Virus record (IMG/VR): IMGVR_UViG_3300015370_000011 | Coordinates: 57,017-121,016 of that record | DNA length: 64,000 nt | Source of the DNA: a virus | Direction: 5' to 3' (one strand) | Program-made: the position numbers and the translations under genes | The notes under the pieces: model-generated | Seen by the model: the letters and a program-made list of their open reading frames with translations, nothing else | What the model was told of the DNA's origin: nothing | The model's database searches: none | Shown here: piece by piece, positions 19,969 through 29,839 of the stretch | Layout: every line of letters begins with the position of its first letter | How positions within the stretch are numbered: position 1 is the stretch's first letter

Positions 19969-19991
19969 TACGATCCACGTATTTAGTATAT

Positions 19992-20022
19992 GGCGCGCTA
20001 GGTTTTCTAGCGCGTCTTTTTT
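19992..20022 (+). terminator. Rho-independent terminator
   Basis: GGCGCGCTAG/CTAGCGCGTC stem followed by a T-run. Confidence 0.8.
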
Positions 20023-20101
20023 ATTAACGGTAATTTAAGTTTTTAGCTACTCATATATACAATAGACTGTAGAACTTGGCCGAAACGAAAAGGAGAAACA
20101 A

Positions 20102-20719
20102 ATGGCTAAAGAAACTGTGGCAAGGAAGCGTCGTCTAACCCTCAGAAGTCTGATTGACAGCAATGAGGAAATCTGGGTAATCAACCGATCAGGGGAATAC
20201 ACTGGGAAAGACGCAGGAAACGTGGTGTTTCAAGTAGGTTCTGGTACAATGGTTGATTCAGTAGTGATACCTCCTGGGGCGGATCCTGTTTGTATCACTG
20301 ATCAAGTGGATCCTGAGAGCTTGCGTACATGCAGAGACCTATTCAAGCTTATTCGATCAACCGCGTTAGAACTCTTGGATCCAGCAAGGGCAAATGAGTA
20401 TTATGATCAAAACAAGGGACGGAAAGCGATAGTTGAAAAGAAGGTGAATGACGTTATTAGTCGTGTACAGCGTCAACAGACATCACAGCATAAATCGGGT
20501 GTAATACATGTGCATACTAAGGTTCAAGATGTATGCCGTAGATTAGCACACGGTAATCTGACTGAGCGGGATGCCATCGAACGGCTTTTAGAGCAGAAAG
20601 CAGTGCTGAAGGAAGACGATTACGATTATTTGGTAAAGAACGGTGTGCATGAGTCTGTGAAGCATTGGGCATCAGAGCAAGCCAGAATGTTTAAATTGCA
20701 AGAAGCGGTGGCGAAGTAG
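20102..20719 (+). CDS. Hypothetical protein (post-capsid)
   Basis: AGGAG RBS, 205 aa. Confidence 0.6.
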   Translation: MAKETVARKRRLTLRSLIDSNEEIWVINRSGEYTGKDAGNVVFQVGSGTMVDSVVIPPGADPVCITDQVDPESLRTCRDLFKLIRSTALELLDPARANEYYDQNKGRKAIVEKKVNDVISRVQRQQTSQHKSGVIHVHTKVQDVCRRLAHGNLTERDAIERLLEQKAVLKEDDYDYLVKNGVHESVKHWASEQARMFKLQEAVAK

Positions 20720-20727
20720 GAAATAGA

Positions 20728-20760
20728 GGGGTGCCAGGGATACCTCTGGCACCCATTTTT
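20728..20760 (+). terminator. Rho-independent terminator
   Basis: GGGTGCCAG/CTGGCACCC stem followed by ATTTTT. Confidence 0.7.
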
Positions 20761-20772
20761 GAGAGGTAATCA

Positions 20773-21207
20773 ATGGCAGGGCACACTTCGGCAGTGCAGC
20801 TTGTAGGAACCGTTACTGTTGGTGCTAGTGGTACTACGTCTATCTATCCAGCAAAATCCAATAGCCCGTTTAGAAACCTGTCCATAGTTATCGTACCCAT
20901 GGAACAGGATTCTCCATATGATGTAGCTGTCTATCACAATGGAGAAATAGAAGAGTCACATTCCTATCCAGATGCTGCTAGCCGAGTAATTTGTGAGATG
21001 AGCTTTACATCATTTTTGTTCCCTGCAAATGTGGGTACAAACGCAATTCCAAAGTTCTTTGATTCGAATAGATCTAACTATCCCGGTTTAGGCATACGTG
21101 TTGCGCTTGTCAATAGGGCCGCAGTACAAAGATCTTACTACGTATATGCTATCTTTGAGGAGTTTGGAGATCATTGCCGGTTTGGTAAGATAACGCAGGA
21201 GGCCTAA
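20773..21207 (+). CDS. Hypothetical beta-rich structural protein
   Basis: GAGG RBS, in operon. Confidence 0.55.
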   Translation: MAGHTSAVQLVGTVTVGASGTTSIYPAKSNSPFRNLSIVIVPMEQDSPYDVAVYHNGEIEESHSYPDAASRVICEMSFTSFLFPANVGTNAIPKFFDSNRSNYPGLGIRVALVNRAAVQRSYYVYAIFEEFGDHCRFGKITQEA

Positions 21208-21938
21208 TGTTTTTAAAATCAGCTCAACGATTTAGTTTCAATAAACCAGCCCCAAATAATCTGTACCATTTTCCAAGAGAACACAAGGCTGGATGGCAAG
21301 CTTTTTGGGAATCAATGGATGGGGATACGGATAAGATTTTAGATTTCGCTAAGAAGTCAGATATAGATTCGCCAGAGGAATGGTTTTCAGCGTTACATCT
21401 TTTCTTATTCGATGTTTTCTCCGGCAATCCAAATCTTCTGAAAGTCGCTTCTGGAAAATCCTTCGGCGAATTCCTAAAACAGGTAGCCGAAAACCACACG
21501 AAAGATCCAAAAGATAAGAACTGGTATGTAGAAAAAGGAATAACCAAAAATAAATTCATAGCGGCTTTGGAAAGAGCGGCGGATATTGCAGATGTCAAAC
21601 AAGCAATTGGCTACGTAAACGCAAGAATAGTAAATTTAGGCTTTTATCTATACAGTGAATACCTCCTAGCTAAAACAGAAGGTAAATCAAAACTAAAGAG
21701 CGTAGCGTCAGGTATGAACAAACAAGCGTATGAATTGGAACACAAAGCGCTCGGGTATTCCCCTCTAGAAGATCTTGCTATCGGGGATAAAATAGGCCAT
21801 TCTTTAGCACCACATAACGTGTTTATGGTAGTCGATGTGGTAAAGGATAATAGTACCATAGAAATGATCGTAGCTAGAGATCTCCACGGTAAGGCAGCCT
21901 ATATAGAAGATATTTGGAATGTAACAGTAAATGCCTAG
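21207..21938 (+). CDS. Hypothetical protein, possibly head-internal
   Basis: TAATG coupling; KSAQ, KVAS, KSVAS and KQAY motifs. Confidence 0.55.
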   Translation: MFLKSAQRFSFNKPAPNNLYHFPREHKAGWQAFWESMDGDTDKILDFAKKSDIDSPEEWFSALHLFLFDVFSGNPNLLKVASGKSFGEFLKQVAENHTKDPKDKNWYVEKGITKNKFIAALERAADIADVKQAIGYVNARIVNLGFYLYSEYLLAKTEGKSKLKSVASGMNKQAYELEHKALGYSPLEDLAIGDKIGHSLAPHNVFMVVDVVKDNSTIEMIVARDLHGKAAYIEDIWNVTVNA

Positions 21939-22158
21939 TACGTTCACTACGAATGATCTAAGTTTTACTGCTTATCTAATGTTGCGCGGAGCAAAGATGA
22001 TAAAAGCGCACAAGTTAGGTAGGACATATAAGTTTTTATTGGATATGGGAGACCTATCAATAGACCTGTTAAAGGTTGAGTGGGTAAACTCTGATTGCGC
22101 AGAGTTCGATTCCAGAGTAAGAGATCTGAAAAAGATACTCTTTAGTGATACCCAATGA
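21931..22158 (+). CDS. DUF5659-like small protein
   Basis: FTTNDLSFTAYL..RG...R.Y.F...VRDLKK pattern. Confidence 0.65.
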   Translation: MPSTFTTNDLSFTAYLMLRGAKMIKAHKLGRTYKFLLDMGDLSIDLLKVEWVNSDCAEFDSRVRDLKKILFSDTQ

Positions 22159-23018
22159 ACTCTTTTACCGATTTTGATATTTTTATTTCTGGGCAGTCAT
22201 CGTATTTGACTGTTTTTATAAAAGATCCTGGTTCTGAAGACCTAGTTGATGTATACGCTCCTAGTACGTTTTCCCTTATAGACATTTCTGATGATTCTAC
22301 TAAGGTTACGACTACCTTTTCAGCGTCTGGGAGTACCGTTGTTGGTCACCCCGGTATTGGTGTGTATCAATATCTGCTAAATACAAACACGTATTCTAAC
22401 CAATACCTTGCAATTTTCAGATGTGCGCTAGAGGGGGAAACTATAAACCAGAACATTTTTATAAAATCTGAACCAGCTAAGGTATTTGCTAGAGCTGCGG
22501 AACTGAGAATACAAGTAGATAAAGCTAGAAAATCGGTAAGTGATAGTATAGAAAATATGGATCGCGCCACGAATGAACCCGCAATTAACTTTTTCTTTGG
22601 GTATTCCGACGCGCATTTGATTTACTACCTAGAGCGCGGCGTACAAATCCTAAACGCGATTCCTCCTTACACTAATTTGGCTGTTGAGACATTTCCATGG
22701 GACCAGTATGGGAGCCTTTTGGTTGACGCCGCCACGATAGCTGCTTTGGAATCCCAAGGTATTTTTGCAATAGACACAGACTATAATTATAGTTTAGGCG
22801 GTAACTCTTTGGTTATTGACCATTTTACCAAGATCAATTCATTTTTATCTTCACTATTAACAAGATTTGATAAGGCAGCCAGGTCATTCAAGCAGCAATA
22901 TCGATCTAAGGGTATGGTCATTTTCCAATGGACACCTGGCGGTGTAAGATCCGCTAGAATGTTGCGCTCCCTGCCAAGTGAATTTTGGTCTCGGTTATTC
23001 AGTTCTACCTCCGTGTAA
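22155..23018 (+). CDS. Head-tail adaptor (neck) protein with N-terminal beta domain
   Basis: YSDAHL..YLE......NAIPP, LLVDAA.IAAL, YSLGGNSL.ID; position after the head genes. Confidence 0.65.
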   Translation: MNSFTDFDIFISGQSSYLTVFIKDPGSEDLVDVYAPSTFSLIDISDDSTKVTTTFSASGSTVVGHPGIGVYQYLLNTNTYSNQYLAIFRCALEGETINQNIFIKSEPAKVFARAAELRIQVDKARKSVSDSIENMDRATNEPAINFFFGYSDAHLIYYLERGVQILNAIPPYTNLAVETFPWDQYGSLLVDAATIAALESQGIFAIDTDYNYSLGGNSLVIDHFTKINSFLSSLLTRFDKAARSFKQQYRSKGMVIFQWTPGGVRSARMLRSLPSEFWSRLFSSTSV

Positions 23019-23096
23019 AATCAAGTGAATTTACTCTAATTTACCCTCTAAATCACCTTTTGGCACATTGGATTTCTGATACTTCAACTCTAGGCC

Positions 23097-23125
23097 TTGA
23101 CAAGTGCCTATTCGTGTGTTAGTAT
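23097..23125 (+). promoter_or_regulatory. Sigma70-type promoter with extended -10, directly before ATG 23132
   Basis: TTGACA-17 nt-TAGTAT with TGn; only 6 nt between the -10 box and the ATG. Confidence 0.65.
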
Positions 23126-23131
23126 ACGTGT

Positions 23132-24526
23132 ATGGGCAGATCTACTACCTCAGTAGCAAAAGGCCCAGTTGAAGCAGGAACTACCCTGTGCTCTTATGGG
23201 CACAACACGGAAAGCAGAATAATGGATCCCATCTACTGCGAAACTTGTGGAAAAATACTTTCTGAAAAACAATTAGAAAAGGGCCGCGATGCCAAACGTA
23301 CAGTAAAATATTGTAGTCCTGCCTGTTGGGGAAAACGCCTAAGAGAATATAATTACGATCATACATTTTTGGATACCGACTCTGAGCTTTCAGCATATTT
23401 TATGGGTTGGTGGACGGCTGATGGACATATTGATAAACAAGGAGCGGGTGTATCGATTGTATCAGTGGATAAACAGCTTATAGATGCTCTGGTATTAGGC
23501 ACTAAGTACAATAATATCATTAGTGCATATTGTAGAAAGCGCAAAGACAATGGGGGTGTTTACAAAATAGAATACACCCTTCGGTATGCTGGAAATGTAT
23601 CTAAACGTATCCAAGAAATGGGTTATCCTCCTGGAGCTAAAGGTGGAAATGAGCATTTTCCTCAGCGTTTTTATAACGACAAATACTTTTTTCATTTCTT
23701 GCGGGGATTTATAGACGGAGACGGCACAAACAGTATACATAAAAAAGGTGATTTAGGCGTTTCCATGGTCAATATGTCAAGAGGCCTCTTAGAATCCATT
23801 CATGCGTGGCTTGTGTCTAATAAACTAATTCGTGGTGGATATATAAATGAAATACGTCCAAACTTCTATCGTTTAGCCTACGGGCATTTCGATAGCGTTC
23901 AAATTTGCAAACGACTATACGAGAATCACACCATTTGTTTGCAAAGAAAATACAAAAAATACTTAGCGGCTAAGGATTTCATACAAGGATGCGTTCCTCA
24001 AACAAACGCCTTTTGTACTGTTCCTGGCTGTGATAGGCCCTGCAAGGCCAAAGAGCTATGCGCAGAGCATTATGATAGTATGTACCATAAGATCTACGCA
24101 GAAACTCATAGAGAGGAAATAAGAGAGAAGAACAGGCGGTATAGTGAAAAGAATAGAGATGCGATAAACACACGGCGGCGTGCGGATTATGTTGAAAATC
24201 CTGAAAAATATAGGGAACAATCTCAGAAATGGCGTGAGGATCATCCTGATAAGGTGTTGGAAGCCAAAAGAGCGTATATAGAAGAAAATCGAGAAAAAGT
24301 AAATGAATACAAACGTAATTATAGAGATAAAAACCATGGAAAAGTGATTGAACAAGAAAGAGCGTCGCATTGTAGAAATATAGAACAAAGATTAGCTACT
24401 TCCAGAAAGTACAAAGCTGAGAATAAAGAAAAAATGGATGCTTATAATGTCGAATATCGGAAAAAAACAAAAGAAAAACGTCGAGAATATGACCGGCAGC
24501 GATATTTAGACAAGAAATCTGCATAA
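23132..24526 (+). CDS. Free-standing double-motif LAGLIDADG homing endonuclease with Zn-finger and basic helical extensions
   Basis: AYFMGWWTADGH and HFLRGFIDGDGT; CETC..YCSPAC; CTVPGC....LCAEHY; Y/R/E/K-rich tail. Confidence 0.88.
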   Translation: MGRSTTSVAKGPVEAGTTLCSYGHNTESRIMDPIYCETCGKILSEKQLEKGRDAKRTVKYCSPACWGKRLREYNYDHTFLDTDSELSAYFMGWWTADGHIDKQGAGVSIVSVDKQLIDALVLGTKYNNIISAYCRKRKDNGGVYKIEYTLRYAGNVSKRIQEMGYPPGAKGGNEHFPQRFYNDKYFFHFLRGFIDGDGTNSIHKKGDLGVSMVNMSRGLLESIHAWLVSNKLIRGGYINEIRPNFYRLAYGHFDSVQICKRLYENHTICLQRKYKKYLAAKDFIQGCVPQTNAFCTVPGCDRPCKAKELCAEHYDSMYHKIYAETHREEIREKNRRYSEKNRDAINTRRRADYVENPEKYREQSQKWREDHPDKVLEAKRAYIEENREKVNEYKRNYRDKNHGKVIEQERASHCRNIEQRLATSRKYKAENKEKMDAYNVEYRKKTKEKRREYDRQRYLDKKSA

Positions 24527-24762
24527 ATGCTGATAGTAGCCTTGCCGCAATCAACACTTTAATTTCCTATAAATAGTTTGGTGTATACTCTGCTACGTGT
24601 TTGATTCCAGATATCATTTGGATATTGGGTGGTGACAATCCTTGACGTTGCCGGGATTAGAGATGGGACAGCTTAGATATATCAGGCAGGGCAAATGCGT
24701 GAGGTGTTAGCATTCCAAAAAGCGAATGGCCAGAGAAGTTTTTGAAGTAAAGGAGAAAGAAC

Positions 24763-27700
24763 ATGACAATTGCTAATGACTGGGATGTCAACTACGCAGC
24801 TAAAGTGATCTCCCACGTCGATGGGATTTTGACCTACACAGGTGGTACTGGTACACAGCCTGCCGTTGGGGAATACATTCTTGGTGCTACTAGCGGAGCA
24901 CTTGGGAAGGTATTGGCTAGAACAGGCACTATAGGTGATGGTACACTAACGCTTACTAATGTTATTGGTCAGTTTGTAAATACCGAAATTTTGGATATCC
25001 TAAGTTCTGTTGATTTTGACACGGTGGCTAATGGCGGATTTGCTGTAGGGGACACCATTGTAGACCAAGTAACCGGCTCTGTACTTGTGAAGTTTATTGA
25101 GTACAATATTGATGGTACAGCGGGACATGGGACTATTTACGGTACTACATTCACTTTATTCACCAATAACTCACAATTAGATATTTCTGGTGGTCAAACT
25201 AATGTAGGCGCGGCTGATGGCGTCGGTGTGGACAACGACACCGCATTTGATGCTACCGTGTCTGGGACGTTGGCAGTGCCGGGTACAGCAAGTACCAACA
25301 ATTGTGTGATTATTCACTATGACGCTGGTACGATAGCTGTTCCGGAAGACGCACACATTCAGTCGTCGGTTTCTACCGCTGAAGGGTACGCACAGCAGGT
25401 AGTGGGGTCAGTTACTATTGGGTCAATCCGAGTTATAGACAGTGACACTACTGGTGGTGCCTGGACTGACGGTGAAAAAGTACGTATTTTGGATTGTGTA
25501 TACTATGACGCCCTTACTGCTGGTAAGGTGTTCTCTGAAGGTGATGTTATCAAAGCTGTATTGGGGACCACACCAGACGCCGTTGGTCGGGTGCTTGCAG
25601 TCATTGACGATGGTGATAGCACCGGTAAACTCGTTTTGGCGGGGTTTAGCGGGACTTGGCAAGATGATAATGAAATCCATGTTAAACAACCCGATGATAC
25701 TTACGTCAAGTATGGGGAAGTAGAAAATACTACCGCTAAGTATCTTGACGCAGCGGATATCAACATTCCTTCAGGAGTGCGATCCGTTCAGCGAGCCGAC
25801 CAAGGCGGTATTTTCCCTACCGGGTCATTGAACTTAGTCCGGTCCGCTAACGCCTTGTATTCATACGTGCAAGATCTATATGACGAGTTGGCCGCGTTGG
25901 ATGACTTGCCACCCCTTGATGGTAACGTGAAAGACCAGTTGTACACCGTGCTTAACGACTACGTTATTCCTGATTTGAGCTTCAGGTTCTTGGAAAAAGG
26001 TTCATTCAAAGATTCAGGAAACAACAACGTCTTTACGAATATCCAGACTACTGGTGCCATTGCTGATATTGGTGCCAACGCCTTCTTCTATTCTTCTTCA
26101 AATGCCTCACCTCAACCAGATATGTATGTTGAGCAAGATGGCGCGGTTATTAGACAGGACTGGTTGGAAGGCAATCTTGATGTTTTGCTAAAGACAAAGA
26201 CATCGACAAGACCTGCGTATATCAATCCTACTGTGCAAGCACTGGGTCAGTTGATCAATGGTGGTGCGTTCACAACCCACGTTCGTCCATACACGCGCAC
26301 GTATGACTCCAACGAAGTTACACAGGTCGGCGGTGTGGCCGTTGTCGCGTTGGGTAACGCAAAGGACTTGAACAACACGACTGGTCAATACCGTGCGGCG
26401 TTTACTACTGGCGGTGGTGCCACTGCGTTTACTGTAGGTGAAGAGATTACTACTACCTCCGGTAAGCGCGGCATAGTTACCGCTTCTGATACCGGTGTAA
26501 CCGGTAACGTAGATTATGCACTAAAATCGGGAACTAACCTGGTTGATACCGATGTGATTACTGGAGTGGTTAGTGCTAAGACCGCTACTGTATCTGGCGC
26601 ACCGTCTAACTTGGTAGCTGGTTATGGTACAAATATTAAGGTCATGACTGTCAGCCGCAGATTCTTAGGCGGTACAACCACAGTAGCAGCATTTATAATT
26701 GGTGAAACGGTTCAGGAAGCAACCACTAGCGCTACTGGGTACATATTGGAAGATGATGGAGGTACCTTATATGTGGAAGACGCTACTGGTGCCTTTAACG
26801 GAACTTATCAATTAACGGGTCTAGTTTCTGGTGCGCTTAATACACCTACATCAACCGCAGATTACACTACAGTACCGAAGGATATTGGTGGTGGTGTTGG
26901 CGACAAGGACTACACTGCCGTAGTTTCTGGTAATATTACTGGTGCAGGTCCGCAATTGGTAGCAGCGGTTTACGAATGGTGGAAGTTCCTGCTGCGCAAA
27001 GAGAGCGTATTACTTCAGGGTGGCCCCGGTGTAGCAACAGGTACACAAGGACGTATTTATCGGAAACTAGTGTCTACCTTTGCAGAAGTTCGTGGTGCAT
27101 CACAGTACGGAACCAAGGCTGGTGCGTTGGTCATTGGCGCACAGGGCGTGTTTATCGAGAAGTTTACCCTGCATACAGACAACATTCGTAATATCCAGTT
27201 GATCGACAACCTAGGTGATACCTACAACCCACCCAACCTTCAGGTATTGGCGCTGGCCAACCTAGTTGCGGGTGTGCGCGGTGCAGTTTATCGGTCCGCA
27301 GGATCGGGATCAGAAGTCATCCTGCGAAGCGAATTCAAGGTCGGTGCGGTTGGTGGTGGGTATAACCAGTCTGCTAATTCAGACATTCTGGTAGCTGCGC
27401 AAACGAGAACAGTTACCCCGCTGCCTAATGATGTTCCCGATACAGGTGTGTTGCGCGTTCTGGACCCCAGCAACACAGGAAACTACCTGAGATTCATTTA
27501 TGATGTTGTGGACAGAACGAATAACGTATTTTCACTCCAGCAGGGTATTGGGCAAAACACCATTGGTGCTGTAACTGGCGCTGTGGACTTGGTTGCTGAT
27601 GATTACTGCCACGTTGTTTTCCTGGAGAAGGAATCTATTGGTACGTCAATTAATAACACTGTTCAATACATTGGTGATGTGGATCTGTACGCAGTTGCCC

Positions 27701-27804
27701 GCATAAAGGGTAAGAAGCCATTCAAAACTACCGCTACCTTTGGATCTACTGGGGTGAGCATCGGCGCTGTGCTACAATCTGATGAAGTTGTGAACCTGCC
27801 GTAA
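24763..27804 (+). CDS. Large virion structural protein with repeated beta modules
   Basis: 1013 aa, G/T/V/D-rich; at least five (F/P)xxG(E/D)x(I/V)...G.(V/I) repeats; AAGGAG RBS. Confidence 0.7.
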   Translation: MTIANDWDVNYAAKVISHVDGILTYTGGTGTQPAVGEYILGATSGALGKVLARTGTIGDGTLTLTNVIGQFVNTEILDILSSVDFDTVANGGFAVGDTIVDQVTGSVLVKFIEYNIDGTAGHGTIYGTTFTLFTNNSQLDISGGQTNVGAADGVGVDNDTAFDATVSGTLAVPGTASTNNCVIIHYDAGTIAVPEDAHIQSSVSTAEGYAQQVVGSVTIGSIRVIDSDTTGGAWTDGEKVRILDCVYYDALTAGKVFSEGDVIKAVLGTTPDAVGRVLAVIDDGDSTGKLVLAGFSGTWQDDNEIHVKQPDDTYVKYGEVENTTAKYLDAADINIPSGVRSVQRADQGGIFPTGSLNLVRSANALYSYVQDLYDELAALDDLPPLDGNVKDQLYTVLNDYVIPDLSFRFLEKGSFKDSGNNNVFTNIQTTGAIADIGANAFFYSSSNASPQPDMYVEQDGAVIRQDWLEGNLDVLLKTKTSTRPAYINPTVQALGQLINGGAFTTHVRPYTRTYDSNEVTQVGGVAVVALGNAKDLNNTTGQYRAAFTTGGGATAFTVGEEITTTSGKRGIVTASDTGVTGNVDYALKSGTNLVDTDVITGVVSAKTATVSGAPSNLVAGYGTNIKVMTVSRRFLGGTTTVAAFIIGETVQEATTSATGYILEDDGGTLYVEDATGAFNGTYQLTGLVSGALNTPTSTADYTTVPKDIGGGVGDKDYTAVVSGNITGAGPQLVAAVYEWWKFLLRKESVLLQGGPGVATGTQGRIYRKLVSTFAEVRGASQYGTKAGALVIGAQGVFIEKFTLHTDNIRNIQLIDNLGDTYNPPNLQVLALANLVAGVRGAVYRSAGSGSEVILRSEFKVGAVGGGYNQSANSDILVAAQTRTVTPLPNDVPDTGVLRVLDPSNTGNYLRFIYDVVDRTNNVFSLQQGIGQNTIGAVTGAVDLVADDYCHVVFLEKESIGTSINNTVQYIGDVDLYAVARIKGKKPFKTTATFGSTGVSIGAVLQSDEVVNLP

Positions 27805-27816
27805 ATAAAGAGTTAA

Positions 27817-29505
27817 ATGACAGTTCGTGGTGACATTACGGTAGACTGGACGCAGCGACTGGTCGTGGTCGCTGCTCCGTCTACTGATGTCGCTGTACAA
27901 GATTTACATGATACCCTTGTAGTTGCGGAGACTAGTTGGGATGGTATTGATGAGCCTGCTATTATAGACAGTGGTGGTAAAGAAACGCTAGATGCAAATA
28001 CAAAGGTAGGAATAACTGCTACGCTACAGGATGCAAAAATACAATTTGAAGATCGCAGGACCTCCGCAGAAATAGGGACAGTAACTACAGCAGACTCTGG
28101 CGGCGTATATTTAACAGACTCTGCTGCGCATTTTCAAACAAACAAAGTTGTTAATGGATCAACCGTCATTAACTTTGCTGATCAGTCAATTGGAACTGTG
28201 TACGAAGTTTATAGTGAGACTGAACTAAAACTAATTAACCAACTGTCTGGTGGTACCGACAACGAATTTGAAATAGGGGATGACTATAGAATTTATAATA
28301 TTGATGTATGTCGCTTGTCTGGCGGCAACGTGGTAGCTGTTAATGTACTTGGTGATTATGTTACACCCTTTCAACCCACATTTGGCGTTGCATTCGACCG
28401 GACATCTTCTGCGTCTGCTACACTGCAGGAACTGGCGGATATTCAGTACGCCAGCTACAACGGCGGGGTGACGGTGGATTTGAGCGGTATCTACAGCGGA
28501 ACTACGTACCCGGCTGGCACACCGCGTGAGCCGTGTAACAAATTGTCCGACGCAATGTTGATAGCAGAAGAAAAAGGATTTACGGTCATATATATTGTTG
28601 GGGATGCTACCATTAACTCAGGCGATGATTATACGGGCATGTCTTTTGTTGGTGAATCTAAGAACAAGTCCATATTGACCATTGAATCCGGCGCGATAGT
28701 TGATAGCTGCGAATTTTATGAAGCTACCGTTCAAGGAACCTTGGACGGAAACGCAAAGCTCAAGGATTGTAGAGTTTTAAACTTGAACTACATTTACGGA
28801 GTAATAGAATCATGCATGCTCGGACCGGGGACCATCGTTTTAGGGGGAGGACAGAACGCACACTTTCTCGATTGCTGGAGCGGCGTGGTGGCCGCCGGCA
28901 CTCCAGTAATCGATTTAGGCGGATCCGGGCAAGGTCTGTCCATAAGGAATTACAACGGAGGAATCGAGCTGACCAACAAGACGGGCGCGGACGAGGTGAG
29001 TATCGACTTGAACAGCGGTCTGATAATACTGGACAACACGATAAATGTGATCGACAAGGAAATAGTGATCAGGGGGATCGGAACACTAATTGATAATAGT
29101 ACAGGTGCACCTGTTGATTCTAGTGAGCTTTCTAATCCTACCACGATTGCAGCAATCATAGATGATACTCTATCTACTGTCCACGGCGACGGCATTTGGG
29201 AAAGTTCTGGGGATGCAGATTGGACACCGGCAGAGCGTAAACAGATTAGGGACGCATTAGGTGTTGCCGGGGATAAGGTTACGGCTAGTGGTGGACAACT
29301 ACAAAATATTAAATCAGTTATCAATGTAGTGTCATCTTCTGTAGAAACGGTAAGACAAGTTTCAGTTGGTAGGTGGCGCATAGTGAACAATCAACTAATA
29401 TTATTTAAAGACAATGGTACGGATGTGCTTGTTAAGTTTAATTTGAAGAATAGCGCAGGGCAACCTTCTACACAAGAAGTATATGAAAGAGTTCCTGCAC
29501 AATGA
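27817..29505 (+). CDS. Virion fibre/appendage protein
   Basis: 562 aa beta-rich protein with a beta-solenoid-like middle, in the structural operon. Confidence 0.6.
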   Translation: MTVRGDITVDWTQRLVVVAAPSTDVAVQDLHDTLVVAETSWDGIDEPAIIDSGGKETLDANTKVGITATLQDAKIQFEDRRTSAEIGTVTTADSGGVYLTDSAAHFQTNKVVNGSTVINFADQSIGTVYEVYSETELKLINQLSGGTDNEFEIGDDYRIYNIDVCRLSGGNVVAVNVLGDYVTPFQPTFGVAFDRTSSASATLQELADIQYASYNGGVTVDLSGIYSGTTYPAGTPREPCNKLSDAMLIAEEKGFTVIYIVGDATINSGDDYTGMSFVGESKNKSILTIESGAIVDSCEFYEATVQGTLDGNAKLKDCRVLNLNYIYGVIESCMLGPGTIVLGGGQNAHFLDCWSGVVAAGTPVIDLGGSGQGLSIRNYNGGIELTNKTGADEVSIDLNSGLIILDNTINVIDKEIVIRGIGTLIDNSTGAPVDSSELSNPTTIAAIIDDTLSTVHGDGIWESSGDADWTPAERKQIRDALGVAGDKVTASGGQLQNIKSVINVVSSSVETVRQVSVGRWRIVNNQLILFKDNGTDVLVKFNLKNSAGQPSTQEVYERVPAQ

Positions 29506-29666
29506 ATAGAATAATTACTCTAGGTTTGGGTGGGTCTGCTACATGCATAATACTACAAGGATTCCATTTTATAACATATATAGGTCAAATATTTGTACGG
29601 GTGCTGAAACTTACTTCTGATATCCTATTCTCAGTGCATAAAACATCAAAAATACGGCGTAAGTAA
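29502..29666 (+). CDS. Small protein, 54 aa, not in the ORF track
   Basis: ATGA overlap upstream and TAATG downstream; MNRIITLGLGGSATCIILQGF... Confidence 0.6.
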   Translation: MNRIITLGLGGSATCIILQGFHFITYIGQIFVRVLKLTSDILFSVHKTSKIRRK

Positions 29667-29839
29667 TGGAAATAACATTGGAATCAGCGATAATTGTAGC
29701 TATACAGGATCTATCGACTATAGTTAATGTATTTGATGCGGAATCTCCTATACTTGACTTTATTGCATTGGGTACACGCATATACGATATACTAAATCTA
29801 GAATCAAGTATTACACCCATTAGTACGGTAATTCAATAA
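29666..29839 (+). CDS. Small protein, 57 aa, not in the ORF track
   Basis: TAATG coupling on both sides; MEITLESAIIVAIQDL... Confidence 0.6.
   Translation: MEITLESAIIVAIQDLSTIVNVFDAESPILDFIALGTRIYDILNLESSITPISTVIQ

Noticed and set aside
24568-24575. T4-type late promoter TATAAATA
   Set aside because: Only one exact intergenic copy was noticed, and the encoded sigma has region 4, unlike T4 gp55.
23019-24762. Group I intron or intein hosting the LAGLIDADG ORF
   Set aside because: Flanking genes look complete with their own starts and stops. There are no intein C/HN termini, and I could not recognise intron core elements.
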